A stretch of DNA of 64,000 bases. Origin: Laetmonice hystrix (lineage: Eukaryota). The notes beneath the pieces are model-generated. The model worked only from the letters and a program-made list of their open reading frames with translations. It made no database searches and was not told where the DNA came from. Shown one piece after another: positions 26,835 to 40,038 of the stretch (the stretch's first letter is position 1; each line of letters opens with the position of its first letter). The position numbers were made by a program, and so were the translations under genes. The stretch lies in the NCBI GenBank assembly GCA_965235115.1, contig OZ249441.1:4402001-4466000 (forward strand), in the 5' to 3' direction.

Positions 26835-27775
26835 ATCATTATCAATATCTGGAGTAGCTGACTTGATATCTATATCCTGGTTTATTAGCCACTGATCATC
26901 ATTATCAATATCTGGAGTAGCTCACTTGATATCTATATCCTGGTTTATTAGCCGCTGATCATCATTATCAATATCTGGAGTAGCTAACTTGATATCTATA
27001 TCATGGTTTATTAGCCACTGATCATCATTATCAATATCTGGAGTAGCTAACTTAATATCTATATCATGGTTTATTAGCCGCTAATCATAATCAATATCTG
27101 GAGTAGTTAACTTGATATCTATATCCTGGTTTATTAGCCACTGATCATCATTATCAATATCTGTAGTAGCTAACTTGATATCTATATCATGGTTTATTAG
27201 CCGCTGATCATCATTATAAATATCCAGAGTAGCTAACTTGATATCTATATCCTGGTTTATTAGCTACTGATCATCATTATCAATATCTGGAGTAGCTAAC
27301 TTGATATCTATATCTTGGTTTATTAGCCGCTGATCATCTTATCAATATCTGGAGTAGCTAACTTGATATCTATATCTTGGCGTATTAGCCGCTGATCATC
27401 ATTATCAATATCTGGAGTAGCTAACTTGATATCTATATCCTGGTTTATAAGCCACTGATCATCATTATCAATATCTGGAGTAGCTAACTTGATATCTATA
27501 TCCTGGTTTATTAGCCACTGATCATTATCAATATCTGGAGTAGCTAACTTGATATCTATATCCTGGTTTATTAGCCGCTGATCATCATTATCAATATCTG
27601 GAGTAGCTAACTTGATATCTATATCCTGGTTTATTAGCCACTGATCATCATTATCAATATCTGGAGTAGCTAACTTGATATCTATATCCTGGTTTTATTA
27701 GCCGCTGATCATCATTATCAATATCTGGAGTAGCTGACTTGATATCTATATCCTGGTTTATTAGCCACTGATCAC
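26835..27775. repeat. 63-bp minisatellite, ~15 copies
   Basis: Unit tcattatcaatatctggagtagctaacttgatatctatatcctggtttattagccactgatca. Confidence 0.96.
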
Positions 27776-30700
27776 CAGAAACAACACACTCATACCATGA
27801 ACGTGAATTCCCGGGTATACTCAGTCTCGATCATCCAGACCCTCAGCGGCCCTAGCAGAGACTCTGGCGTTACCGTGACTGGGGTATACTACGGTACAGT
27901 GTGTATGATCGAGTGGCAGGCCCAGGAATGAACGGATTTGGCAGATACGACACGAAATGTATTTCCATAATATTTACTCAGCTTAAAGATGTCGTACCTT
28001 TAGTCTGGATGATGTATAGGTCCTAAAGGCTATATTGAAATTATTGTCGGCGAATATATAAATGAAGCCAAATGAAAACTCTACATCTCTATCCAAGTTA
28101 AATAAAAAAATAAAAAAATAAAAACTCGCTGCTTTCTATAGACTTCTACAGACCCGTAGACTAGTCAGGACTTCCAAAAGGGCACACCTGATCGCCATCA
28201 CAAGAACCGTTACAACCCCCCCCCCCCCCCCCCACCCCACCCGTCCTGGTATAAACCTGACTGAGTCAACGATTTGTCAGGATTGTTAGCGAGACTACGC
28301 AGTTTTACTGGTCAACACGGCACAAGTCTAAATCGTTTGAAGTCAGTAACCAACGTTATATAAGAGATATGTTCCAAGTGTTTGAAGCGGGAAATCATCC
28401 CCCTCATTACCAGACCTCATCTTCATCCTGATCATCCATACAGGTGACAGAGGACACCATCCTGTGATTTACTCGTATTCTATGTCCACAACAAACATCA
28501 TGAAATGGGCCACCATGGGGACCAGAGGTAATATAGTATCTACTCTGTCTATAGAACAGCGTCCATACTACCTGCCGGTACCGGCAAAACGAGCCCACTC
28601 TGTCTATAGAACAGCGTCCCTACTACCTGCCGGTCCCGACAAAACGAGCGGAAATAATAGGAAAGGATTTTCCTTCCTGATCACAACGACAGCGCTGCTT
28701 ACCGTCCCAGAAGGAATTACTGTGAATATAAAAGGAAAAAGACATTGTAGCGGTTTTTATTATACAGGCGGCTGCTCCCAGGATGAGAAGAGTTTTTGTT
28801 CCCCTCCAAAGCTCGTAATGATGAACATTATCATACTTGTGTTGTACTCACAGATAAAGATCATTAGATTTTGGCTGATTTGCCGGGATAAATAACCGTT
28901 GGAAAAAGCGGAATAACAATTAATGGCATTTCATGCTAGACTGCATGCCATGAGAAAACAAAGTAAAGAAAGATGCAAAATCTGTAGAAAACAATTCTGA
29001 TAACAAACGATTGTTTTAATTATAGTCTGTGTGAGGTATGTCATTCGACGATTCAATCGTTGATTAATAAAGGATTAAGTTTATCGGGAACTTCCTTTCA
29101 TCCTCCCGGGGGATGAGGATGTTTAAATCCGTGATTAAATTATAATAACGGATTTATGACTGGAATCAGTCCTCCCTCTCTATCCAGGGATTATCGGATA
29201 ATTTTGGTCTTAGATAATATTGAAGGGATGGAAGGAATAATATCCAACCAACAAACAAACAATTGGAGATCGTCTTGGCCTAACTGTCTTTTTATAGGTT
29301 TCGTGAAGTACTTGGACTTGTTGTTCAGTCATAAATAAGTCATGACAAGGTTAGCCGACCGGTGGATGGAGGGTTGAGGGGACTAGGGTGAACCGGGCCA
29401 TATTTTTATGTTGGGGGGGGGGGGAGTTAGGAAGAGAATGAGGCTATGCACGGTCGGCAACTAAGGACTGTCTTCAGGTCGAGAACGAGTGGTATAATGA
29501 TGGCAATGATAAAGAAAGAAACCGCACACCGGGCACAGTACCTTACCCATTGCAATCTCAATGGAAACGGTTCAGATTGGGAACGGCATCACAGGTAAGT
29601 ACTGAGAGGGTGAATATCTCCTTCATTTCTCATGCCGCATTTATAGCCCACCTATAATTTCCTTTCCTCATACACCAGAAAGAGAAAACTTGACCAATCA
29701 GGGGTCCTGTTTCTCCCTATAGCTTGTTACAGTGTCACATTGTGTGCGTGCTTGCCTTTCCCACTCTTTGGCTAATGAATTTTGTCAACTTAAGAAACGT
29801 TAATTGGATTACCCACTTATCTGCAAGGGCAGTGAATTGTCTCGTCTTCAGGTAATTCTACAATAAATACACGAGGGCGAGGAAGAGCCTCGGCCTGTAT
29901 GCGTGTACGCCACACCCCGACATCTTTGCTAACCTTGTTCGGTCGCTTCTTAAAAGGATTGTGGTGTTCTACGCGATGAATCAAAGTGGCATTGATCATT
30001 ATAGGTACCAGGCAGGCTTGGTAGCAGGTAGTCTATCTCAGGACCCACAGTCCATCTTCAGCAAGCCTTGGCTAGCACTGCCGCGGAGACCTGCCTACCT
30101 TACACTCGAGCAATATACAATGAGTGAAAAGGAAATATATTTTTAGTTTGACTTGTATAACAAACAGGGAAATAATGGCTCGGGTGGATTCAGAGGGGAT
30201 CAAGAAAATGCTTACCCATCTTTAACATATTAAGTTTTTCTCACTCTTTAAAAAGCATATTTTTCTCAGTTGATCCCTAGAGCTATTGAACCTTTTTTTC
30301 ATGGACCTCCTACAATGTCTCAAAATAATTGTCTCCATACCGTAATACTTTGGATTTAAATTTGGGGTTCACCCCTCAGTAACTGCATGATTTTTACTGC
30401 ATGATTAAACATAAAATGTATATATCAACATAGGAAGAGTTGTTTTCTGTCATTTACAATTTCAAATAAACAATGAGTTTTACACACTCTCAGATTCCAT
30501 CGGGTAATAATTTCACCCCATGTGACTCTGACCTCGCTCGGAATATTTCCGGGTCAAAGTTGATGAGGTCAGACGTCCTGAGGCCCCCGATATGGGCATG
30601 TGATGGACCCATCCACTGATAATCTCCGGTAAACCCACAAATTTGTGGCTCTAGTGAGGAAACTTGATTAGCTGTGACCCGCACTGTTTGAAGCCCGCGT

Positions 30701-30810
30701 GTGTGAGCGGGCGGCCGCTGATTATGTAAATGAGGATGCTGGTGGTCACCAGGGTTTTAGATCTCTTTAGGGGCAACTTGTTAAATAAAGAGCCATCTAT
30801 TAGGCCGACA

Positions 30811-31265
30811 ATAGCCCGGGAAAAGCTCATAGAAAAGTACTGCTAATGGAAGAGTCCCTGAGATAACACAGGGTATATAGGAGAAATGAATTGAGTACAT
30901 GAAGTATGTCAATCAATGTCAGTCAACAACAATATCATAGCCCGGGAAAAGCTCATAGAAAAGTACTGCTAATGGAAGAGTCCCTGAGATAACACAGGGT
31001 ATATAGGAGAAATTAATTGAGTACATGAAGCATGTCAATCAATGTCAGTCAACAACAATATCATAGCCCGGGAAAAGCTCATAGAAAAGTACTGCTAATG
31101 GAAGAGTCCCTGAAATAACACAGGGTATATAGGAGAAATTAATTGAGTACATGAGGCATGTCAATCAATGTCAATCAACAACAATATCATAGCCCGGGAA
31201 AAGCTCATAGAAAAGTACTGCTAATGGAAGAGTCCCTGAGATAACACAGGGTATATAGGAGAAAG
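30811..31265. repeat. ~126-bp tandem repeat, ~3.6 copies
   Basis: atagcccgggaaaagctcatagaaaagtactgc... recurs at ~126-bp intervals. Confidence 0.93.
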
Positions 31266-31589
31266 TATTGTTAGGATATTTTGGTCAGGAAAAGACCAGG
31301 TCATTTTGAAGCGCCTGTTTTCCTATCCCAACCCTATCCCCATCCCTGGCCTTAACCCGAACCCCTGCCCAAAAATTGTGTGGGGAAGTTACCATTTGGG
31401 AATAACCAGTGATTAGGACCCTGTATACGCCACCTGCCTGTAGTGATTAGATCCCTATATACCCCACCTGACTATTGATTAGGACCGTATGTACCCCACC
31501 TGTCTGTATTTTTCTTTTGAAATGCACGGGCATCAGGGGTAACCCAATTACTTTGACAATGTCCCTAAAGAGAAAAGTTGTATAGTCCT

Positions 31590-31680
31590 CTACAGGAATC
31601 GAACCCAGGCCCTAAGATTACTGCACCCATTCGCATAGCATAAGGTGTCGACATCCATGCCCACTAGGCCACCGCCACTC
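31590..31680 (-). mobile_element. tRNA-derived SINE head
   Basis: Minus strand shows A-box-like GGTGGCCTAGTGG and B-box GGGTTCGATTCC about 55 nt apart. No clean cloverleaf. Confidence 0.6.
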
Positions 31681-32420
31681 CCCTATGATTAGGACCGTAT
31701 GTACCCCACCTGTCTGTAGTGATTAGGTCCCGATATACCCCCACCTTCCTGTCGTGATTAGGGCCCTATATACCCCACCATCGAATTGGGTACAAACTGG
31801 GCGTGGCTTATGTTTTGATTGGCACTGCCTGTAATGATGAAGCTGCCTGTAGTGGTTAAAGAATAGCATCTACCGAAAAAGGGCCTGGTGATCGAGACTA
31901 TACAATGATATGGGTTTGTCATTTAGCTTTGACTACTACCTCTCGGCGGAATCCCATTTACCATTCCCACGAAATGGGATGGGAAAAAGCACAAGATTTG
32001 CATGTGGAATTGATCTATTCCCATCCCTTCCCCCAATCCGCAGACTTCCCCAACATAATCCTATCCCTAGCCTTTCCCCTTCCCTCTTACTGCCAATTTT
32101 GTGGGGATTCTACCATGCATGGGAAATAGCCCGCCTCCCACCCAGCCTCAAGCGCACCCTCACCCCAACCCACCGCACCCTCACCCCAACCCAGCCGGCA
32201 GGTTTAGTCCCTCGTGTACTGGCCTGATCCCAAACACCGGCATTCTGTGATATCGGATAGGATAAATGGTTTGCCGTCTAGACCCGCACCCGTGTTGGCA
32301 AGTGAACCTTTGCTAGTTGTAATCTAAAATAACATGAATCAATGGGACTAGGCATCACGCATCGCCAGCGCCAATCTGTATGATCCATGGATGGACCTAT
32401 CCCATACAATTAAAACGGCC

Positions 32421-32775
32421 TGATCATAGGTTTACTCCAGTCTGATCATAGGTTTACTCCAGTTTGATCATAGGTTTACTCCAGTTTGATCATAGGTTTA
32501 CTCTAGTTTGATCATAGGTTTACTCCAGTTTGATCATAGGTTTACTCCAGTTTGATCATAGGTTTACTCCAGTTTGATCATAGGCTTACTCCAGTTTGAT
32601 CATAGGTTTACTCCAGTTTGATCATAGGTTTACTCCAGTTTGATCATAAGTTTACTCCAGTTTGATCATAGGTTTACTCCAGTTTGATCATAGGTTTACT
32701 CCAGTTTGATCATAGGTTTACTCCAGTTTGATCATAGGTTTACTCCAGTTTGATCATAGGTTTACTTCAGTTTGG
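32421..32775. repeat. 22-bp minisatellite, ~16 copies
   Basis: Unit tgatcataggtttactccagtt. Confidence 0.96.
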
Positions 32776-32947
32776 GATGGAATTCTATTATTTTTTCTGA
32801 AGTGGGGGAAGTAGATTGTTATTGCATTAGATGTGCTTGAATGGCGCAGAGATTCTCAAATCAAACGTCTTTAGGGCCACAGCGGCTGGAAATTGCACGC
32901 AGTCCACTTTGGCTTTGTAGGAAACATGAAATTGTTAAAGAGAACCA

Positions 32948-33211
32948 CAGGGCCGTGTCTTGGGGTGTCTGTAACCCCCCTGGTTTTTTTTAGGCTTTTT
33001 TGGTCCTAACTAACACTTGGATCCGTCCACTGTAACCCCCCCCCTCCACCAATAACCCCTTGCACCAATATAGTAAATGTGTCAATATGTATATATGTAA
33101 GTTTTGTGCTGGACGGTTTTGAAAACCGGTGCCACCTTGTACCGAAAACTTTTCCAGGGTAAATAAACGAAATTAAAAAAAAAACAAAAAAATCCCTGGG
33201 CACGGCCCTGA
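32948..33211. mobile_element. 264-bp hAT-like MITE
   Basis: TIR CAGGGCCGTG / CACGGCCCTG with flanking direct repeat AACCA (32943-32947 and 33212-33216). A similar right end lies near 18060. Confidence 0.7.
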
Positions 33212-34824
33212 ACCAGGTAGTATATTTTTCATATGTGGGGCCTGATACCATATTTTTCATTTTTTGCCATTTTTGATAGGACTACATTCAAAATCTAATC
33301 CAAGTTCGAAACATGTAATATATTTTCCTAAAAGAACTCCCTATAGACTATCCATGTGCCAATTTTAAAATAAAAATATTGAAAACTGACTTTTCTAGAG
33401 CACATTAAACATTTCAGAAATATCCATCTCCTCCAAAAAGTCAGATATCGCTATGCTTAAGGTCAAAGAACTAGGAATTTTTAGCATAAATGAACCATTA
33501 TGGACTATGATTATATAGGAATATGGCCAGTAAGCATTTCCTGAAAGATTTGTGAAGATCTATAAAGAATTAAAGAAAATATGCCTTTTTAAATGGAAAG
33601 AACACTGTTGCACAGCTAAATATTTTAGGTAAAAATTGGCCAAAATGCCAATATTCCCAGGATGGACCTGTTGTGTTGTATTTTGCATATACCTACCAAG
33701 GATAGTAAGTTAATGAAATATGGGAATGCTCACTGTTATAATTGTGCTGTTATAGGTCCTCAAAATCGGCACAAAAATAAGCAAAACTTAAATCTGGAAA
33801 GGGTCCAAGGGGTGACCAATTTAAAAAGTCATATCTCGAAAACTATTTGGAGTACAGAAATAAAATTTTGCATGGCCCCATGAATTGGATCAAAGTTTTT
33901 ATGAGTAAAATTTCATCAAAATCTATGATTTGAACTGGGAGGCCCTGGGTGATTTGGTATGGAATGACCCGAACGTAAACAAACTGATGAAACACCGCCC
34001 CAGAGCATTGTTTACCGACTTGTTTCGGAATCATCCTTTAGGAGTTGTTTTTATAAGGTTACTGTTTCACTTTTTCAGGTTTCAAACATCGCATTTTACC
34101 AAAGACACAACTGCATCTCGTAGTCGTAAGGTCAAGTTCCAGTTCTGTGAACGCAGAGGGTGTTCTATCATTTATAGACCCTTTCGTAGAAATGGTTTGT
34201 TTCGGTCGATAAGACTCCGGGACCGAGGGTTTTTAGAATCTCGTCTATCTATAGTTATCGGCGTGGCGCCAGGCAAGGCTAGAAGAAGGATGGCAATGAC
34301 CACGGGAATACGTCAGCGGTTGTCACCAGCTGTGGTTGTCGAGCGAAGGGCACCCCACCCCCACCTCATCCCCATCCCCCTTCTGACCATATAGGCCTTC
34401 GGCAACGGTAGACCCGTGTTATCTGCTCTCCATGGTATAGGCCTATAGACCGGCGAAATGACCTCTACACGTCCTTGCTAGCAGGCTGATAAATGCGGAA
34501 ACACCAGCCACTTTACCTTGAAGTTGGCTCCACCATCTTAGCCGCTCACCAGGCGTCCATGTCCGTTTGGAAGGAACGCAGCCCGTAGCGTCATCAGTCG
34601 TAATTATAATATGACGGGTGACGTTTGATGTGGTAGTCGGGGCAGTTATACCAAACGTGTGTCTGACTGAAGACTATAGAAAGACCATGTCAGCTGAGTT
34701 GATCAATGTCGCCCGCTGCCTGCCAAAGTACACATCATTAGTGGTGTCAACGGAGGAAACGGAGCTCCCTGAAACCAACTCTTTATACTCCCGAGGTCAC
34801 CAGAATAGTTGAGGATATGGCTTC

Positions 34825-35490
34825 ATTGTACATTGTACATCGGTGATATAACAGCCACCTCTAACTGATTGGGGGTCATTGTACATTGTACATTGGTGAT
34901 ATAACAGCCACCTCTAACTGATTGTGGGTCATTGTACATTGTACATTGGTGATATAACAGCCACCTCTATCTGCTTGTGGGTCATTGTACATTGTACATC
35001 GGTGATATAACAGCCACCTGTATCTGATTGTGGGTCATTGTACATTGGTGATATAACAGCCACCTTTGATTGTGGGTCATTGTACATTGGTGATATATAA
35101 CAGCCACCTCTAACTGATTGTGGGTCATTGTACATTGGTGATATAACAGCCACCTCTAACTGATTGTGGGTCATGGTACATTGGTGATATAACAGTCACC
35201 TCTAACTGATTGTGGGTCATTGTACATTGGTGATATAACAGCCACCTCTAACTGATTGTGGGTCATTGTACATTGGTGATATAACAGCCACCTCTATCTG
35301 ACTGTGGGTCATTGTACATTGGTGATATAACAGCCACCTCTAACTGATTGTGGGTCATTGTACATTGGTGATATAACAGCCACCTCTATCTGACTGTGGG
35401 TCATTGTACATTGGTGATATAACAGCCACCTCTATCTGACTGTGGGTCATTGTACATTGGTGATATAACAGCCACCTCTATCTGACTGTG
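34825..35490. repeat. ~46-bp minisatellite, ~14 copies
   Basis: Unit cattgtacattggtgatataacagccacctctaactgattgtgggt. Confidence 0.95.
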
Positions 35491-36164
35491 GGTCACTCCC
35501 ACAGATCAACATCATCATCGACATCATCATCTTCGATATCGTTGGGTCATATAAGACTCATGTCCTATCTACTATTGTAACGTAAAAGGGTGTATCACGT
35601 ATATCATCCAACGATATGGCAGCGTGCACATGTGCAAAAAGGAATATCTATATGTCAACTTGGGAATGTAATCAAAACGAATACAACTTAGAAACGGAAG
35701 TCTATTAACTTTACATTCTCAGTTGTTTTGGTGGCTTCTCACAGTAACTATAAAAGGGTCTAATTAACGTTTTAGAAATGTTATTCTGTATGTGAATATT
35801 ACGTTTCTGTGACCTTTTTGTGTGAGCTGAACTGGAACCAAGATGGGCGTGTAGCACTGACCTGAGTCAGATGAACTCTGATAGAGAAGGGGGCTGCGCC
35901 TTTGGTCCTACAGGTATCTTTGACTGACTAACCTTTGATTTGGCCGCATGTGTCTGATCGGGGTCAGATCTTGGCCAGGAGGTGGTTCGACCCCCGGCCA
36001 GGGCCGTGTACCGGCGTCCGACCTAATCCCCCCCGGGTACAGCACCAGTCCACGGCCACCAGCAGCGCCCCTTGTACGATTAGACGGGCATTTCATGTCG
36101 CCATCTCAAAATATCGCCTTTGAGCATAAACCAACGGAACCAGGCGGTATTCATATAGGCGAAC

Positions 36165-36860
36165 GTAATGAGTGATAGTCAGACTGGATGTTAGAGACGT
36201 TTTGGTTCACGTTCTAAGGTAATGAGTGATAGTCAGGCTGGATGTTAGAGACGTTTTGGTTCACGTTCTAAGGTAATGAGTGATAGTCAGGCTGGATGTT
36301 AGAGACGTTTTGGTTCACGTTCTAAGGTAATGAGTGATAGTCAGACTGGATGTTAGAGACGTTTTGGTTCACGTTCTAAGGTAATGAGTGATAGTCAGAC
36401 TGTATGTTAGAGACGTTTTGGTTCACGTTCAAACGTAATGAGTGATAGTCAGACTGGATGTTGAGACGTTTTGGTTCACATTCTAAGGTAATGAGTGATA
36501 GTCAGACTGGATGTTAGAGACGTTTTGGTTCACGTTCTAAGGTAATGAGTGATAGACTGGATGTTAGAGACGTTTTGGTTCACGTTCTAAGGTAATGAGT
36601 GATAGTCAGGCTGGATGTTAGAGACGTTTTGGTTCACGTTCAAACGTAATGAGTGATAGTCAGGCTGGATGTTAGAGACGTTTTGGTTCACGTTCTAAGG
36701 TAATGAGTGATAGCCAGACTGGATGTTAGAGACGTTTTGGTTCACGTTCTAAGGTAATGAGTGATAGTCAGACTGGATGTTAGAGACGTTTTGGTTCACG
36801 TTCTAAGGTAATGAGTGATAGTCAGCCTGAATGTTAGGCACGTTTTGGTTCACATTCTTC
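36165..36860. repeat. 54-bp minisatellite, ~13 copies
   Basis: Unit gtaatgagtgatagtcagactggatgttagagacgttttggttcacgttctaag. Confidence 0.96.
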
Positions 36861-37519
36861 CAAAATAACCAAATTTGGCCCATATATCGCCATTACCATA
36901 CTTATTCGATTTTTGATGCCCCCTGGGCCTCCTTATTCATAATTGGCGAAATCCACTATGACCAACAACTGAGTCAGACAATCGAATTATTAAAAAGAAA
37001 GGGCTTGAATCAACAGCAATACGACCTATTGAGGATTTTTGGGGTCGGGGAATCTTTAGCTTTTTGATTTTTAGACAAGTAAATATCAATGTGGTGAGGG
37101 AGCCTGAAGTTATAACTAAGGAAGGCAGGATCTTACTGTATTGAAGTGGTTTAATATACAGACTAACTGCGTGCTGTTCTTCGAGTCAGTTCCTTGGTCA
37201 CCACAGACTCTGACCAGCATTTGTATAGAGTCGTGGGAAGCTCGAACTATAAGCTCGACAAATGGACTGGTCAATAGGGTCCGGCCCTTCCCCCCCCCCC
37301 CAAAACATTTTGTAGTTTTTTGGACCCCTTTTTTCACCCCCCCCCCTACACACCGACACACACACACACTGTTCAAAATCCTGCATGAATCGGCCCGTGT
37401 ATAATGGCAGACATAATGAAGCAGTGATACTGGTCAACCTGTTTATGTATAGTTGTGTTAGACATGATTATAGACCCGCAGTATGGCATTCAATACTCGC
37501 GTGTCGCCGTCAATTCACT

Positions 37520-38290
37520 GTAAAGAAAGCACGTGTCGTCAGGTTTACAATACCCAGGGCTGTGAAAGCACGTGTCGTCAGGTTTACAATACCCAGGGCT
37601 GTGAAAGCACGTGTCGTCAGGTTTACAATACCCAGGGCTGTGAAAGCACGTGTCGTCAGGTTTACAATACCCAGGGCTGTGAAAGCACGTGTCGTCAGGT
37701 TTACAATACCCAGGGCTGTGAAAGCACGTGTCGTCCGGTTTGCAATACCCAGGGCTGTGAAAGCACGTGTCGTCAGGTTTACAATACCCAGGGCTGTGAA
37801 AGCACGTGTCGTCAGGTTTACAATACCCAGGGCTGTGAAAGCACGTGTCGTCAGGTTTACAATACCCAGGGCTGTGAAAGCACGTGTCGTCAGGTTTACA
37901 ATACCCAGGGCTGTGAAAGCACGTGTCGTCAGGTTTACAATACCCAGGGCTGTGAAAGCACGTGTCGTCAGGTTTACAATACCCAGGGCTGTGAAAGCAC
38001 GTGTCGTCAGGTTTACAATACCCAGGGCTGTGAAAGCACGTGTCGTCAGGTTTACAATACCCAGGGCTGTGAAAGCACGTGTCGTCAGGTTTACAATACC
38101 CAGGGCTGTGAAAGCACGTGTCGTCAGGTTTACAATACCCAGGGCTGTGAAAGCACGTGTCGTCAGGTTTACAATACCCAGGGCTGTGAAAGCACGTGTC
38201 GTCAGGTTTACAATACCCAGGGCTGTGAAAGCACGTGTCGTCAGGTTTGCAATACCCAGGGCTGTGAAAGCACGTGTCGTCAGGTGAAGG
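37520..38290. repeat. 39-bp minisatellite, ~20 near-identical copies
   Basis: Unit gtgaaagcacgtgtcgtcaggtttacaatacccagggct. Confidence 0.97.
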
Positions 38291-38574
38291 CTGTGAAGAA
38301 AACAATGGAGCTCGTATCGATCTGAGTGCACAGTCTGAATGCGCAGGGAACAGCACGCACGGAGTATATCTGTCAAGGTTTAAAGATTTAGCATTATGAA
38401 TGTTTTTGTTCTATAATACATTGAGTCTATTCCCCCACCCTGCCAGCTCCTCCTCTGCTGGAGATGACCATTATCTTTGGTCTGGCACTGACTGTAAACC
38501 TGAGGAGGCTATCACGATTTGTGTATAAAGGTCGGTGATCTGCCCTGGCTGCAAACATTCACCGGTTCGAATCG

Positions 38575-38715
38575 AATTGGAGTAGAAGGAGTAGAGTCTA
38601 AGAATTGGAGTAGAAGGAGTAGAGTCTAAGAATTGGAGTAGAAAGAGTAGAGTCTAAGAATTGGAGTAGAAGGAGTAGAGTCTAAGAATTGGAGTAGAAG
38701 GAGTAGAGTCTAAGC
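38575..38715. repeat. 28-bp tandem repeat, ~5 copies
   Basis: Unit aattggagtagaaggagtagagtctaag. Confidence 0.92.
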
Positions 38716-39031
38716 ACCTGTTTCTCTTGTTGGCGCCCACTATAAAAATATGTAACTTTGTTCATATAATGGCTACGGTTGAAATGTTAGCACTCCTTGT
38801 ATTTTGGGGTTGGTTGACAGTGGAGGATCGGGGGGGGGGGGGGGGGGGGCTAGTGGGCCCGGTCCCCCCTTAGATTTCCTGTTTCTTCCTTTTTTGATGA
38901 GGATGCATCAGTACAGTCAAAATATAAAAAAAGTAATAGGTGGGCCCCCCTTATCAACATCGTGGAGGCCCTTACTGCACATTCCTTCTTAAGTAAGGTC
39001 AACCAAGGTCAACCGGCGTGTGGAAACTGCC

Positions 39032-39130
39032 CAGATTAATATCTCGTCACGTGACATTGATATGCTGCGAGAAATTAATCTGACCGACTTCCGGAAGCGG
39101 AACCAGTGGAAGCCAAGAAACAGCCAATGG
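39032..39130. promoter_or_regulatory. Promoter-like motif cluster (E-box, double ETS, CCAAT)
   Basis: GTCACGTGAC at 39046-39055, palindromic CTTCCGGAAG at ~39088-39097, GCCAAT at ~39123. No gene assigned. Confidence 0.35.
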
Positions 39131-39736
39131 AAAGGCTCGTTACATGTCTCGCGGCCTCATCGATTAGCCCTCCTCCCTGCCCCCGCTAGAGACTAATGGA
39201 AGGAGGGATTTAGGCACATCCGACCTATTCTTCTGTATTGTATTTCAAAACATACGTGAAATGCATAGGTTTGACAAAGATGGAATGGCACGACCATGCT
39301 AAGGCGGACAGATCAGTCTAAGTCCATTATCAGGGCTGTCGGTATACGGCTGTGCCCCCCCCCCCCCCCCCCGTCGTCCTGCCAGCGGTGGCCGGCCTAT
39401 AGATATCCTTTCTTACATAGGTTGAGCTAAAATCGGGATTTATCTCGATTTCGGTTCCTGATTTGGTGGGATTTGAATTTTGCTTGGGTGGGGGTGGGGG
39501 TGGGGGGGGGGGGGAGTGTCTAGGTATCGGGTGGGCATAAACAAACCTGTCGTTTGACGTTAAATATTTCCAAAATCAAAAGTTTCTGAGAATTTACAGG
39601 AGTGAACACCTTGCTATTCCCAACATCAGTTGAAATTATCAAGTCTATATCTCAATTAGTCCTTAAATGATACCAAAAGTGTGTCCAATTGACCACCTGT
39701 GTTCAAATAAAACCAGGTAGGACGTTATTACAACAG

Positions 39737-40038
39737 CTCCCGTCCAAAGGCACAAATAACTCACTTTTTCATCAAAATTGAGCTAGTACTATTTTTGGAG
39801 TTACTAGGTTATATGCTTCATGTTAATGTTATTGCAATTTGTTCACTAAGTAAGCTGTTACGCGCATGGCAGAACCTAGTAACTACCACAGAACCTGGTG
39901 GATACCACAGTAAAACTTAGTATCTCAATATCGAATCTCCATGGATGGACACGGCTTTAATATAACAAAATTACGTTTTCTTTTGTTTTCTCGAAATCAG
40001 TTAAAAGTGAGTTACTAGGTTCTGCCTTTGGACGGGAG
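39737..40038. mobile_element. ~300-bp MITE
   Basis: TIR ctcccgtccaaaggca / tgcctttggacgggag, plus inverted taactcactttt / aaaagtgagtta. Confidence 0.65.

Noticed and set aside
31590-31680. Functional tRNA gene
   Set aside because: A and B boxes are present, but there is no consistent acceptor or anticodon stem; better read as a SINE head.
37385-38376. Four overlapping 280-300-aa ORFs
   Set aside because: Homogeneous 39-bp unit with no stops in four frames; no coding bias.
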